Positions 1 to 9,233 of a stretch of 64,000 nt of DNA are shown here, in pieces. Every line of letters begins with the position of its first letter. Within the stretch, counting starts at the first letter, position 1. A program made the position numbers and the translations under genes. This DNA is from Candidatus Nomurabacteria bacterium RIFCSPLOWO2_01_FULL_39_18 (GTDB lineage: Bacteria; Patescibacteriota; Minisyncoccia; Phycocordibacterales; UBA9973). Under the pieces are notes generated by a model. It was not told the DNA's origin, did not search any database, and saw only the letters and a program-made list of their open reading frames with translations. Location: NCBI GenBank assembly GCA_001787005.1, contig MFUV01000010.1, positions 73,955 to 137,954 on the forward strand, read 5' to 3'.

Positions 1-189
1 GTGTTCCTTGTGTATTTTTTGAAACTCTTCCGAAACTCCATTTCCATTTCTTGCATATTTTTTCCACATTTTATATTTATAAAAAAAGTGTGTGGCAATC
101 GGCGTCAAAAAAAGGCCTAAAAAGAAGGCAAAAGCGGTCGGAACAAAGATTTTAACCAAGTCTAAATACATCATTACAATATATCATTT

Positions 190-254
190 TTTGCCTTAAA
201 GTTCACCTCACCCCTTCGCCCCTCTCCTTGTCAAGGAGAGGGGTTGGGGAGAGG
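190..254. repeat. GC-rich imperfect hairpin (core cccctctccttg-tca-aggagagggg) immediately 3' of the minus-strand Cys-rich gene; no U-tract
   Basis: An 11-bp perfect inverted repeat with longer imperfect outer pairing. It is GC-rich in an AT-rich intergenic context. No T-run follows on either strand, so it is not a canonical intrinsic terminator. Confidence 0.4.
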
Positions 255-2012
255 TCAATACACTTCCGCCTGGTAACACTTTTCACAATAAACGATTTCC
301 GGGCGGTCTGGAGAATATGAAGTTTCGAATTCTACTTCGCACTTGCTTCCTCCATGAAAATGATTTGTTTTGCTTCGCCCGTCGTAGCTTTGCGAAGTCG
401 GGTCGCACATACAAGTACGGTGCCAAAGCTTAAAAGGATTTCTGCGTTTTAATCTAGCCTCGTGACGACAATAAAAACATCGTCTTGGAATCGGAATACT
501 CATTTTTCTGTAGAATATTAATTCATTGGGAATGATCTTGTAATTTCTTTTACAATTTATGCAAACTAAAATTTCTTCGAGAATGCTGTCTGTCACTTCG
601 GTGATTGAATCAGGAATATCTTCTGGCAATAGTGTTTCCTTCCCCACCGTCCGTTGTAAATTATTTTGCCAGTTAAATCCTTTTTTGAAAGCTTCTTCCC
701 TAGAAAGTGGAAAGTGTTCTTGTGCTTCTGTTTCATTGTAGCCAAATGGAGATAGTTCTGCAGGATAAAATTCGCCAAATTTGTAACCGTTTTCCTTCTT
801 GTCTTTGTAGGGTATCTTGTTCATCTGCTCTATAATTTTCGGCACAAGTTTTTCGTATTCCTCTTTTGTATATTGTTTATTGAAAATACAATATTTGGCA
901 TTACGAAGACCTATACAACCAAAACAGTATTGGCAATTATGACAATGCTGGGTATATTCAATGTCCTGGCTTTTCCAGGAATAAATCCCGAACAAATTCC
1001 TGTTTGATTGATCGCAAGTAACACTTTCATAACATTCACTAAGTTCTCCTCCTCCCGCCATGTCATATGAATCTTTCATATTAGTACCAAAATCACAATA
1101 TTTACAATTCTCTGAATTTTTGGCAAAAAAAGAATTTTTTACATTCTTACAGCCCGAAATAACATCACCACTAACATTGACATTATGAATTCCATCCACA
1201 AAACGCCTCGGGTATTTTAAAATAAATTCATCGTACTCTTTCTGTGCTCTTTCTACTCCAGAAAATGTATCGAGCTTATAACTTGCTAAAATCTTCTCAT
1301 ATTCTTCTTTACTATATTGCTCGTTTTTAAAACAATACTTTTTACCAACCAATTCAGCACACATAAAGCAATTAGAGCAGTCTTTGCACCGATATAAAAA
1401 TTGTGAGTCAATGCAAGCTATATTTAACCGAGAATATTTAAGTTGATATGAGTTTCGAGCATTAAAACATTCATAAAGCCATTCACTTTTTGATCTGATA
1501 TTGATGCAATCCATCATATCTCGCCCTTCTAGAATAAAATAACTATACATCACATTTTCAATTCTCCACGCAATAAAAACCATGTAGCAATTTTTACCAA
1601 ATGCAAAGTCTTGTGTATATTCACAATTGACACTCCCAATTCCATCATCATTTACCAGCGCCATGTGCGGTACTTTTAATACAAGTTCTTTAAATTGTTC
1701 AAAGAATGACCGCGAGAAATCATAATCTTGCCCATAATCTTTTGGATCCCACTTATCGCTCCACCAGCATTTATTACAATAAATAACGGCACTGGACTCT
1801 TTAGAATAAATAGTTACCACAGATTTTTTACATAAATCACAAGTTCTGTTATATAGAGATGTGTTGTTTTTCCAAGCCCATCTCCTTTGCCTTCTGCAAT
1901 CCGGACAAAATGTCGGCGGAGGAACTTTGATCTTTTCATAAAACCCAAAGTCATCAGGCTCGATGGTGAAGTTTTGTTTACAATTTTGACAATTTTTTGT
2001 TTCGCTTTTCAT
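255..2012 (-). CDS. Cysteine-rich paralog A (585 aa), unknown family
   Basis: The N-terminus (CQNCKQNFTIEPDDFGFYEKIKVPPPTFCPDCRRQRR) and C-terminus (IVYCEKCYQAEVY) are shared with ORFs 2057..3751 and 43057..44766. Internal repeated modules are present: CxxCxxCxxC and KYC(I/F)xN(E/K)QYSKEEYEK. N- and C-terminal Zn-ribbon-like FY-K-I-VP-P-xCPxCRxxRR units occur. Confidence 0.75.
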   Translation of the reverse strand: MKSETKNCQNCKQNFTIEPDDFGFYEKIKVPPPTFCPDCRRQRRWAWKNNTSLYNRTCDLCKKSVVTIYSKESSAVIYCNKCWWSDKWDPKDYGQDYDFSRSFFEQFKELVLKVPHMALVNDDGIGSVNCEYTQDFAFGKNCYMVFIAWRIENVMYSYFILEGRDMMDCINIRSKSEWLYECFNARNSYQLKYSRLNIACIDSQFLYRCKDCSNCFMCAELVGKKYCFKNEQYSKEEYEKILASYKLDTFSGVERAQKEYDEFILKYPRRFVDGIHNVNVSGDVISGCKNVKNSFFAKNSENCKYCDFGTNMKDSYDMAGGGELSECYESVTCDQSNRNLFGIYSWKSQDIEYTQHCHNCQYCFGCIGLRNAKYCIFNKQYTKEEYEKLVPKIIEQMNKIPYKDKKENGYKFGEFYPAELSPFGYNETEAQEHFPLSREEAFKKGFNWQNNLQRTVGKETLLPEDIPDSITEVTDSILEEILVCINCKRNYKIIPNELIFYRKMSIPIPRRCFYCRHEARLKRRNPFKLWHRTCMCDPTSQSYDGRSKTNHFHGGSKCEVEFETSYSPDRPEIVYCEKCYQAEVY

Positions 2013-2056
2013 AATTTTAACATTCTCACATTCTTAAGAATGTCGGAATGTTATCT

Positions 2057-3751
2057 TCAATACACCTCCGCTTGGTAACATTTTTCGCAATACACTATCT
2101 CAGGTTTGTCTGCAGACCAAGAAGTTTTTATGTCTTTGCCACACTTGGCGCATTTGCGATCGTGGATTTCAATAGGATTTAGAAGTTTCGTGCGCGCACG
2201 ATCACGACAAAGTGGACAGTTGTGCGGAATGGGAAGATTGAAACGTCGATAGAAATCAATTTCCATTTTAATTAGCCGATAATTTTTACCGCACTTCTCG
2301 CATTTTAAGATTTCATTGACTATATCATCTTTCACATCTCTTATGTGTTTAGGTATTCTAATCGTTGCATCTTGATAATCTTTGGGTTCAACATCACGCC
2401 AGGCAAAACCTTCTTTTATCGCTTTTCCTTTCCCTAAAGGAAACCATTCCATACTTGTTGATTCATTGTAAGCCCAAGGGGAGATTTCTGAGGGCATCAT
2501 TTCGCCGTATTTATGAATTCTCCCAATTTTATCAATATAAGGAATCTCCATCATTTGTTTACGCAATTTTTCTGTGATCTTTAAATATTCTTCCTTTGAA
2601 TATCTTTTATTTAAAATACAGTACTCCCCTTTTTTAATGCCCACACAGCCAAACATATTATTGGACGAGTGACATCCAAAACAAAATTCGAGATTGCTAG
2701 CGTTGTAGTTCCAAACACTAAATTTTATATTAGACACTTGCAATCCAACCCAGCATGACTCATATATTAATTCTCCTCGCTCACCGAACTCGGTGTAATC
2801 ATAGCAATCAGCAATCGGTCCAGCTTTTAAAAACTGACAGTACCGACAGTCTTTCGCTTTGCGCACCATGTATGAATCGTGGACATTTTTAGAATTGTAA
2901 ACGTACTCCCCCGTTGTATTAACACTGTTTCTATCGTTGAATTGTTTGCGTGGTTGTGTGAGAAGAAATTCCATCGTAGATTTGCGAAATTTCTCCAGAC
3001 TTTCAACAGACCCAAAATCGTATTTTTTAAAAATTTTTTGAAATTCTTCTTTAGAATATGGTTCGTTGAAAATATGGTATTTCTTTTTTGTAAGATTGGC
3101 ACAGCCAACACAATCAGAACATCCTACACAACTACGGCAAAACCACATATTCATAGAACCGACGACATCTTCACAGAAAAAAGTTTGATAGCTGGAGTGG
3201 GTAATAACATTGCCATAGCCCATTTGATCATGGCGTGTCCAAGAACAGTCAATGGAGTCTTTAATGTCAGCAACTTCATTTAAATAAGCACAGTTTTCTG
3301 CATAATCAATTCTAAAACATAAATAACAATCTTTGCATTCTGCGGCAGCATTGCAATAATCACTCCGAACCATTGACGCATGTTCAGTATAGAGAGCAGG
3401 CAACGGTACGTCGCGCATAAGTTCACCAAACTGTTCTAGAAAAGATCGTGACCAATCAATTTCTCTGCCATGTTCCTTAGGATCCCACTTATCACTCCAC
3501 CAAATATCCTGACGATAGACTTTATAGGGTGAATCTTTGTGATGCGTCGTGATAACCTCCTCGCCAGTAAAATCGCATTTTCTTTTATATAAAATTTGAT
3601 AGCCCTGCCAAGAAAGCCTGCGCTTAAGTCGACATTCTGGACACCAAGTCGGTGGTGGCACTTTGATTTTCTCATAAAATCCAAAATCCGAAGCGTCTAT
3701 TGTAAAAGAATTTTTACAATTTTGACAAACCCTAGTTTCTTCCATATGCAT
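2057..3751 (-). CDS. Cysteine-rich paralog B (564 aa), tandem with paralog A
   Basis: Same architecture as paralog A: N-terminal CQNCKNSFTIDASDFGFYEKIKVPPPTWCPECRLKRR, internal CRSCVGCSDCVGC and YSKEEY modules, C-terminal IVYCEKCYQAEVY. Confidence 0.75.
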   Translation of the reverse strand: MHMEETRVCQNCKNSFTIDASDFGFYEKIKVPPPTWCPECRLKRRLSWQGYQILYKRKCDFTGEEVITTHHKDSPYKVYRQDIWWSDKWDPKEHGREIDWSRSFLEQFGELMRDVPLPALYTEHASMVRSDYCNAAAECKDCYLCFRIDYAENCAYLNEVADIKDSIDCSWTRHDQMGYGNVITHSSYQTFFCEDVVGSMNMWFCRSCVGCSDCVGCANLTKKKYHIFNEPYSKEEFQKIFKKYDFGSVESLEKFRKSTMEFLLTQPRKQFNDRNSVNTTGEYVYNSKNVHDSYMVRKAKDCRYCQFLKAGPIADCYDYTEFGERGELIYESCWVGLQVSNIKFSVWNYNASNLEFCFGCHSSNNMFGCVGIKKGEYCILNKRYSKEEYLKITEKLRKQMMEIPYIDKIGRIHKYGEMMPSEISPWAYNESTSMEWFPLGKGKAIKEGFAWRDVEPKDYQDATIRIPKHIRDVKDDIVNEILKCEKCGKNYRLIKMEIDFYRRFNLPIPHNCPLCRDRARTKLLNPIEIHDRKCAKCGKDIKTSWSADKPEIVYCEKCYQAEVY

Positions 3752-3797
3752 TTATATTATCACTAATCAGAGCGGAGTCCAGCACCAAGCTCCGGCT

Positions 3798-4691
3798 TTG
3801 GTGCTGCGGATCTGGCTCATTTTTTTGATTAAAATACATTGGTGTGCTATTGTTTTCAGGATGAATCCCCCAGAAATTACAATGAATAAAGACAATTCTT
3901 TACAATCCATTCCTCGCATAATTTTCTTTCTTTTGATGATTACATTGGTTGTTTATTCCTCGTCTTTAAGCATAAGATACAGACGAGAAGAACAAATCAA
4001 AAAAATTGAATCTGAAAAAAAAATCTATTTGACTGGAAAATTTGAGCCGAGCGAGCGAGAAGATTTTGTTTTGATTTCACCGGAAAATGCTTTCGGTGCG
4101 AACGATATGTATTTAAGGAAAGAAGCTTACGGAACATTTATTTTGATGCGCGAAGCCGCCAAAGAAGATGGAATTGATTTAAAGATAGCTTCAGCTACTA
4201 GGAATTTTGATTATCAAAAAAATATCTGGGATGAAAAATGGGCTGAGCTTGAAGTTGTTGATGGAAAAAATATAGATCAAGAAATTCCCGACGGATTAAG
4301 GCGATTTAAAAAAATATTAGAATTCAGTTCGGCTCCTGGCACATCCAGACACCATTGGGGCAGTGATATTGATATAAATAGAGTCAATCCTCTTTATGCT
4401 GGCAGCGCTAGAGATGAAATAGAAAGAGAAAAAATATATGCCTGGCTTGTTAAAAATGCCGCTCAATTTGGATTTTGCCAAACCTACACTCTCAAAAATG
4501 AAGCTAGAAAAACTGGGTACAAAGAAGAAAGGTGGCATTGGTCTTACCTGCCGCTCTCCAAAGCGCTGACGCAAGAATACAAAATTTTAGTAAAAAATGA
4601 AGATATCAAAGGATTTTCGGGCGACGAATTCGTTTCCACTTATGATCTCGTCAACAACTATGTGCTAGCCATCAACCCCGATTGTATCTAG
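3798..4691 (+). CDS. Peptidase M15 (VanY/D-Ala-D-Ala carboxypeptidase-like) with N-terminal TM segment
   Basis: SRHHWGSDIDIN matches the M15 S-x-H-x-x-G-x-A/D-x-D zinc-ligand motif, and the C-terminal EERWHWSY resembles the EPWHxRY motif. The true start is probably the Met at about 3882 (MNKDNSLQ...). Confidence 0.6.
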   Translation: MVLRIWLIFLIKIHWCAIVFRMNPPEITMNKDNSLQSIPRIIFFLLMITLVVYSSSLSIRYRREEQIKKIESEKKIYLTGKFEPSEREDFVLISPENAFGANDMYLRKEAYGTFILMREAAKEDGIDLKIASATRNFDYQKNIWDEKWAELEVVDGKNIDQEIPDGLRRFKKILEFSSAPGTSRHHWGSDIDINRVNPLYAGSARDEIEREKIYAWLVKNAAQFGFCQTYTLKNEARKTGYKEERWHWSYLPLSKALTQEYKILVKNEDIKGFSGDEFVSTYDLVNNYVLAINPDCI

Positions 4692-5213
4692 ATTCTCTGC
4701 TGCAATGTTCATAGAGTTATTGACTTCCCCATAATCTGGCAATTCTTCTACTGATTTTATGCCCATGAAAGATAGTGCTTCAAAACTTGGTTTGTAAATA
4801 TATCGTCTGCTGTCTTTTGCATCCGTAGATTTCTCTATAAGCCCGCGTACCGACAAAGCCCGCAAGGTGAAACTTGAATTTACTCCCCTGATATAATCAA
4901 TCTCTGCCCTACTCACCCCATTTTTATAAAGTATGATAGATAGTGTCTCTAGACTTGCTTTCGAAAGATCCTTGTTTAGTTCTTCCTTCTGTAAATCTTC
5001 AATAAGTTTGGAAAGTTCTGGCGCAGTTCCCAGAGAAATGTCATTTTCCTTTTCGAGCAGGACTATCCCCCGCCCCGCCAGATTTTCTTTCAGTTTTTCT
5101 ATACCTTCATTTATTTCACTTATTCCAACTCTCAAAACATCTCCGAGTTTTTTTCGCGATATTGGTTCTCCTTTCCAAAAAAGCACTGCCTCGATTTTTT
5201 TTTCCAAATCCAT
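4665..5213 (-). CDS. scpB: Segregation and condensation protein B
   Basis: N-terminal IEAVLFWKGEPISRKKL matches the ScpB winged-helix signature (IEALLF..GEP.S). Size is 182 aa. It lies directly downstream of scpA. Confidence 0.7.
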   Translation of the reverse strand: MDLEKKIEAVLFWKGEPISRKKLGDVLRVGISEINEGIEKLKENLAGRGIVLLEKENDISLGTAPELSKLIEDLQKEELNKDLSKASLETLSIILYKNGVSRAEIDYIRGVNSSFTLRALSVRGLIEKSTDAKDSRRYIYKPSFEALSFMGIKSVEELPDYGEVNNSMNIAAENLDTIGVDG

Positions 5214-5221
5214 AATTTTAA

Positions 5222-5974
5222 TTACTGTTTTGTTATGACAATATCTTCGAAGTGATTATTTTGCACCGCGTCCAGAATTCCATTTCTTACTAATTCCAGC
5301 ATTGCTAAAAATCCCACTATCACCGTCACCTTCTCTTCCCGCGTAGATACCTTGCCCGCAAATTCGGAAAAGTTCATCTTGAGAGCAGTTTGTATCCTTT
5401 GCGAAAGTCTATTAATCATTTCTTCTATGCTTATAACCTTTCTCACTTCCGCTTCCGGCAAAATTATTTTTTGGGGCATTCCTCCCAGAACCTCGCGCGC
5501 GAAAGTCATCATTGATTCTCTGGTAATCTGATTATCCGGCAAAAATACAAGAACTTGATTTTTCTGTTCCTGTGGCGCAAAAATTATTTTTTTTCCAAAA
5601 TTACTTTTTATATGTAGAGAAAGTTTCGTAAAAAGTTCATATAAACGCAATTGTTCCTCTAGGCTACGTATATCGCCTTCTTCTTCCGAAGTAAGATTTA
5701 AATTAGGAAGCAATGATTTTGATTTGATCAGAATAAGAGTTGATGCAACCAAAATAAAATTTGAAATTTCCTGTGGGGACAAACCTGCCTGCGCCCCGCC
5801 TGCGCGGGCAGGAGACAGGCCACCTAGTTTGTTCATGTACTCTAGGTAATCTTCCGTTACGGTAGCTAATGAAACATCATTAATAAAAAGTTTCCTTTTT
5901 TCTATGAGATCCAAAAGTAGCCCAAAGGGGCCCTCAAAGCCTGCAGTCTTTATTGTATAGGTATCTCTTTCCAC
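5222..5974 (-). CDS. scpA: Segregation and condensation protein A (kleisin) carrying a 12-aa GC-rich insertion
   Basis: FEGPFGLLLDLIEKRKLFINDVSLATVTEDYL is the canonical ScpA N-terminus. An insertion, LSPARAGGAQAG, is encoded by the 36-nt element at 5784..5819. Confidence 0.8.
   Translation of the reverse strand: MERDTYTIKTAGFEGPFGLLLDLIEKRKLFINDVSLATVTEDYLEYMNKLGGLSPARAGGAQAGLSPQEISNFILVASTLILIKSKSLLPNLNLTSEEEGDIRSLEEQLRLYELFTKLSLHIKSNFGKKIIFAPQEQKNQVLVFLPDNQITRESMMTFAREVLGGMPQKIILPEAEVRKVISIEEMINRLSQRIQTALKMNFSEFAGKVSTREEKVTVIVGFLAMLELVRNGILDAVQNNHFEDIVITKQ
5784..5819. repeat. 36-nt GC-rich palindromic element (cctgcctgcgccccgcctgcgcgggcaggagacagg), copy 1, in-frame in scpA
   Basis: Identical 36-mer also at 21456..21491 inside lepA. 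Both encode LSPARAGGAQAG in the host-gene frame. Contains the hairpin cctgc-gcgg-gcagg. Confidence 0.85.
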
Positions 5975-6019
5975 CTTTATATATTAGCATTTTTTGTAAA
6001 AAAAGATATACTGAAACCC

Positions 6020-8506
6020 ATGAAACCACAAAGCGTCCGCCTGTCGAAAAATGTCATTCCAGAGAGATACAATATAGAGCTTAAGCCTGATTTAAAGAAC
6101 TTTTCTTTCGAGGGTATTGAGACGGTAACTGTTTTAGTAAAAAAGCCGACCAAAATTCTCACCCTGCATTCCAAAGAAATAGAAATTGTCACAGCTGAAG
6201 TCTCCGGAACTTTTGCCAAAATTTCCTACAGCCAAAAATCTGAAACGGCAACTTTTGTTTTTCCTAAAAATATTTCTGCTAGCAAGACAAAGCTCACTAT
6301 CGTTTTCAAGGGAATCCTCAACGACAAAATGCGAGGATTTTACAAAAGCAGCTACCAAGTGGATGGCAAGGAGCGCCACATCGCCACCACCCAGTTCGAA
6401 GCCACCGATGCGCGCCGAGCTTTCCCTTGCTTCGATGAACCCGCCCACAAGGCTGTTTTCCATGTTCGGCTCATTGTACCCAAGGACATGAAGGCAATTT
6501 CAAATACTCTGCCTGTTTCGGTGACCGAACATGAAGCTGGTTTTGAAATTATAAAATTCGCCCCTACGCCAAAAATGTCTACTTACCTCCTCGCATTTAT
6601 AGTAGGTGATTTCGAGTACATAGAAAAAAAGTCCTCTCGTGGCGTCATCGTCCGCGTACACACTACTCCCGGGAAAAAACACCAGGCAAAGTTCGCTCTC
6701 GACGTAACAGTAAAAGTTTTAGAATTTTATGAAAAATATTTTGATATTCCATACCCCCTCAATACACTAGACATGATTGCTATTCCTGATTTTTCATCTC
6801 TCGCCATGGAAAACTGGGGAGCGATAACTTTCCGTGAGGTCGGACTTTTGGTGGATGAAAATCACACCTCGACTGCGTCAAAGGAATTAGTAGCGGAAGT
6901 AATTGCCCACGAACTTGCCCATCAATGGTTTGGCAATTTAGTAACGATGAAATGGTGGACACACTTGTGGTTGAACGAAGGCTTTGCTTCATATATTCCC
7001 TACTTGGTCATAGAAAAATTATTTCCAAAATGGAATATCTGGGAAAGGTTTACCACGCAAACACTAGGGATAGCATTAAAACTTGACGCGCTCCAAAATA
7101 CGCATCCTATTGAAATCGAAGTCCACCACCCGAATGAAATTGGAGAAATTTTCGACGCAGTTTCGTATTCTAAAGGAGCCTCCATCATCCGCATGCTGGC
7201 AGATTATTTGGGTGAAAAAGATTTTAGAGACGGTTTGCGATATTATTTAAAAAAGCACAGCTATAAAAACACCGAAACGATTCATCTCTGGCAAGCTTTT
7301 GAAAAGGTATCTAAAAAACCCGTCGCTAAAATGATGCATAACTGGACTTCTAAACCAGGCTATCCTGTGGTTCAGGCAAAGATGGTTAAAGGAAAAATTA
7401 ATTTCTCTCAAAGTAGATTTTTTGCCAACCCAATATCAGCGAAAAAAAAGAAAGATAAAACAAAATGGGAAATTCCAATAACTTTTAAAAAAAATAAAGT
7501 TAATTTTGGAGAAACCGGATTTTTTCGAACAGCTTACTCAAAAGAATTATTGGAAAAGCTTCGTAAACCTATACAAAATATGGCACTAGGCGCTAGTGAT
7601 AGACTTGGCGTCATACGAGATCTTTTTGCTCTTTCAGAGGCGGGAATAATCCCAACCACAGATGCACTGGAATTTTTATCAAGCTACAAGAGAGAAAATA
7701 ATTACACAGTATGGCTCGAGATTGCCGCAGGACTTGCCCAACTTGAGCAGATTTTAGCTAAAACTAAAAGTAGAGAAAATGTGAAAAGAATTGTCCTTAA
7801 TTTATTCTCCCCCTTAGCTAAAAGCCTAGGCTGGAATAAGAAAAAGAAGGAATCACACACCGATACTCTTCTTCGTTCTCTGGCAATTTCTCGCGCCGGA
7901 CGATCTGGTAACAAAGAAATAATAACTGAGGCTAGAAAAAAATTTATTGCAAAAAAAAGGGGTAAACATATATCCCCCGACATCCGTAGCGCAATATATG
8001 CCATCGTTGCCACTCATGGCAGTATGAAAGAATACCGAGTCCTTGTGGCGAGGTATAAAGAAGAAACACTCCATGAAGAAAAAAACAGGATAGGCAATGC
8101 GCTAGGAGACTTCGCTAGTCCGAAAATATTAAAAATGGCATGTGAATTTGCAATTTCTAAAAATGTCCGCCCCCAGGACACCGTTGGAATAATTTCCGGA
8201 GTTGGGATGAACCCTCTCGGTCGAGATATCTGGTGGAATTTTGTGAAGAAAAATTGGAAAATGTTGGTCTCCCGCTATGGCGACGGCGGACACACGCTCT
8301 CCAGACTTATCAAGGCTATCAACAGTAGTGCCGAAGATCGTCATCTAAACATGTTCAAGAAATTCTTCAAAACGCACGACGCCCCCGGAGCCAAACGCTC
8401 CGTAGAGCAAGTCATCGAGCGCCTCGAAGGCAACATCGCTTGGCTGAAAAGAGATGGGAAAAAGATAGAAAATTTTCTAAAACTCGCAGAGTCTGAAGTT
8501 CGATAA
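6020..8506 (+). CDS. pepN: Aminopeptidase N (M1 family)
   Basis: GAMEN-type motif SLAMENWG. HEXXH-(18)-E zinc site HELAHQWFGNLVTMKWWTHLWLNEGFASY. Size is 828 aa. Confidence 0.9.
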   Translation: MKPQSVRLSKNVIPERYNIELKPDLKNFSFEGIETVTVLVKKPTKILTLHSKEIEIVTAEVSGTFAKISYSQKSETATFVFPKNISASKTKLTIVFKGILNDKMRGFYKSSYQVDGKERHIATTQFEATDARRAFPCFDEPAHKAVFHVRLIVPKDMKAISNTLPVSVTEHEAGFEIIKFAPTPKMSTYLLAFIVGDFEYIEKKSSRGVIVRVHTTPGKKHQAKFALDVTVKVLEFYEKYFDIPYPLNTLDMIAIPDFSSLAMENWGAITFREVGLLVDENHTSTASKELVAEVIAHELAHQWFGNLVTMKWWTHLWLNEGFASYIPYLVIEKLFPKWNIWERFTTQTLGIALKLDALQNTHPIEIEVHHPNEIGEIFDAVSYSKGASIIRMLADYLGEKDFRDGLRYYLKKHSYKNTETIHLWQAFEKVSKKPVAKMMHNWTSKPGYPVVQAKMVKGKINFSQSRFFANPISAKKKKDKTKWEIPITFKKNKVNFGETGFFRTAYSKELLEKLRKPIQNMALGASDRLGVIRDLFALSEAGIIPTTDALEFLSSYKRENNYTVWLEIAAGLAQLEQILAKTKSRENVKRIVLNLFSPLAKSLGWNKKKKESHTDTLLRSLAISRAGRSGNKEIITEARKKFIAKKRGKHISPDIRSAIYAIVATHGSMKEYRVLVARYKEETLHEEKNRIGNALGDFASPKILKMACEFAISKNVRPQDTVGIISGVGMNPLGRDIWWNFVKKNWKMLVSRYGDGGHTLSRLIKAINSSAEDRHLNMFKKFFKTHDAPGAKRSVEQVIERLEGNIAWLKRDGKKIENFLKLAESEVR

Positions 8507-8627
8507 TTATCAAATTAAATAGGTAAAATAACTTATCCACAGTGTCACCCTTGAAGGGTAACTAAAGGAGATATTTCTCACTTAAGTAAAAATTCAAAGT
8601 CAAGAAAATATGATAAAATCTTAAGAA

Positions 8628-9215
8628 ATGAAAAAGATGGAGGAATTGCAAAATCTAAACAAGAAATGGATGGAGGAATGCCAGTGCGAGCTCAAAAAAA
8701 CGGCAACGCAGGCTGTGCCTGGAGACGGTAGCGCGGATGCGGAGATTGTTTTCATCGGTGAAGCGCCGGGAAAGTCTGAAGACGCGCAAGGAAAACCTTT
8801 CGTCGGAGCGGCGGGGAAATTCTTGGCAGAAATGCTCTTCATAATAAATTTTAAAAGAGAAGATATCTATATCACCAACATCGTTAAATACCGCCCGCCG
8901 AATAATCGCGACCCTCTCCCCGAAGAAAAGTCTGCCTGCAGAGAATGGCTTCTTGAAGAATTGAAAATAATTGAGCCGAAACTCATTGTGTTCCTCGGTC
9001 GCCACGCTATGAACAATTTCTTCCCCGCCCTTCAAATTTCGCAAGCACATGGAAAGCTACTGATCAAACCCTTCAAGGGCATGTCCACCAAATATTTCTT
9101 CCCTCTTTACCATCCGGCGGCAGCGCTGTATGACGGCTCGATGCGAGAAGTTCTGATAGAAGATTTTAAAAAAATCCCAAAAGTTTTAAAAGAAATTGCC
9201 AAAAGAGAAATTTAA
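8628..9215 (+). CDS. Uracil-DNA glycosylase, family 4
   Basis: The GEAPGKSED...GKPFVGAAGKFL motif (GEAPG..E / PFVG.AG) is typical of family-4 UDG. Size is 195 aa. Confidence 0.85.
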   Translation: MKKMEELQNLNKKWMEECQCELKKTATQAVPGDGSADAEIVFIGEAPGKSEDAQGKPFVGAAGKFLAEMLFIINFKREDIYITNIVKYRPPNNRDPLPEEKSACREWLLEELKIIEPKLIVFLGRHAMNNFFPALQISQAHGKLLIKPFKGMSTKYFFPLYHPAAALYDGSMREVLIEDFKKIPKVLKEIAKREI

Positions 9216-9233
9216 TTCTATTATATAGTCCTT

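Noticed and set aside
8690-8830. GC-rich stretch inside the uracil-DNA glycosylase gene considered as another inserted element
   Set aside because: It encodes the conserved family-4 UDG motifs (GEAPG…PFVGAAG) with no extra residues relative to consensus. It is simply codon-driven GC richness.
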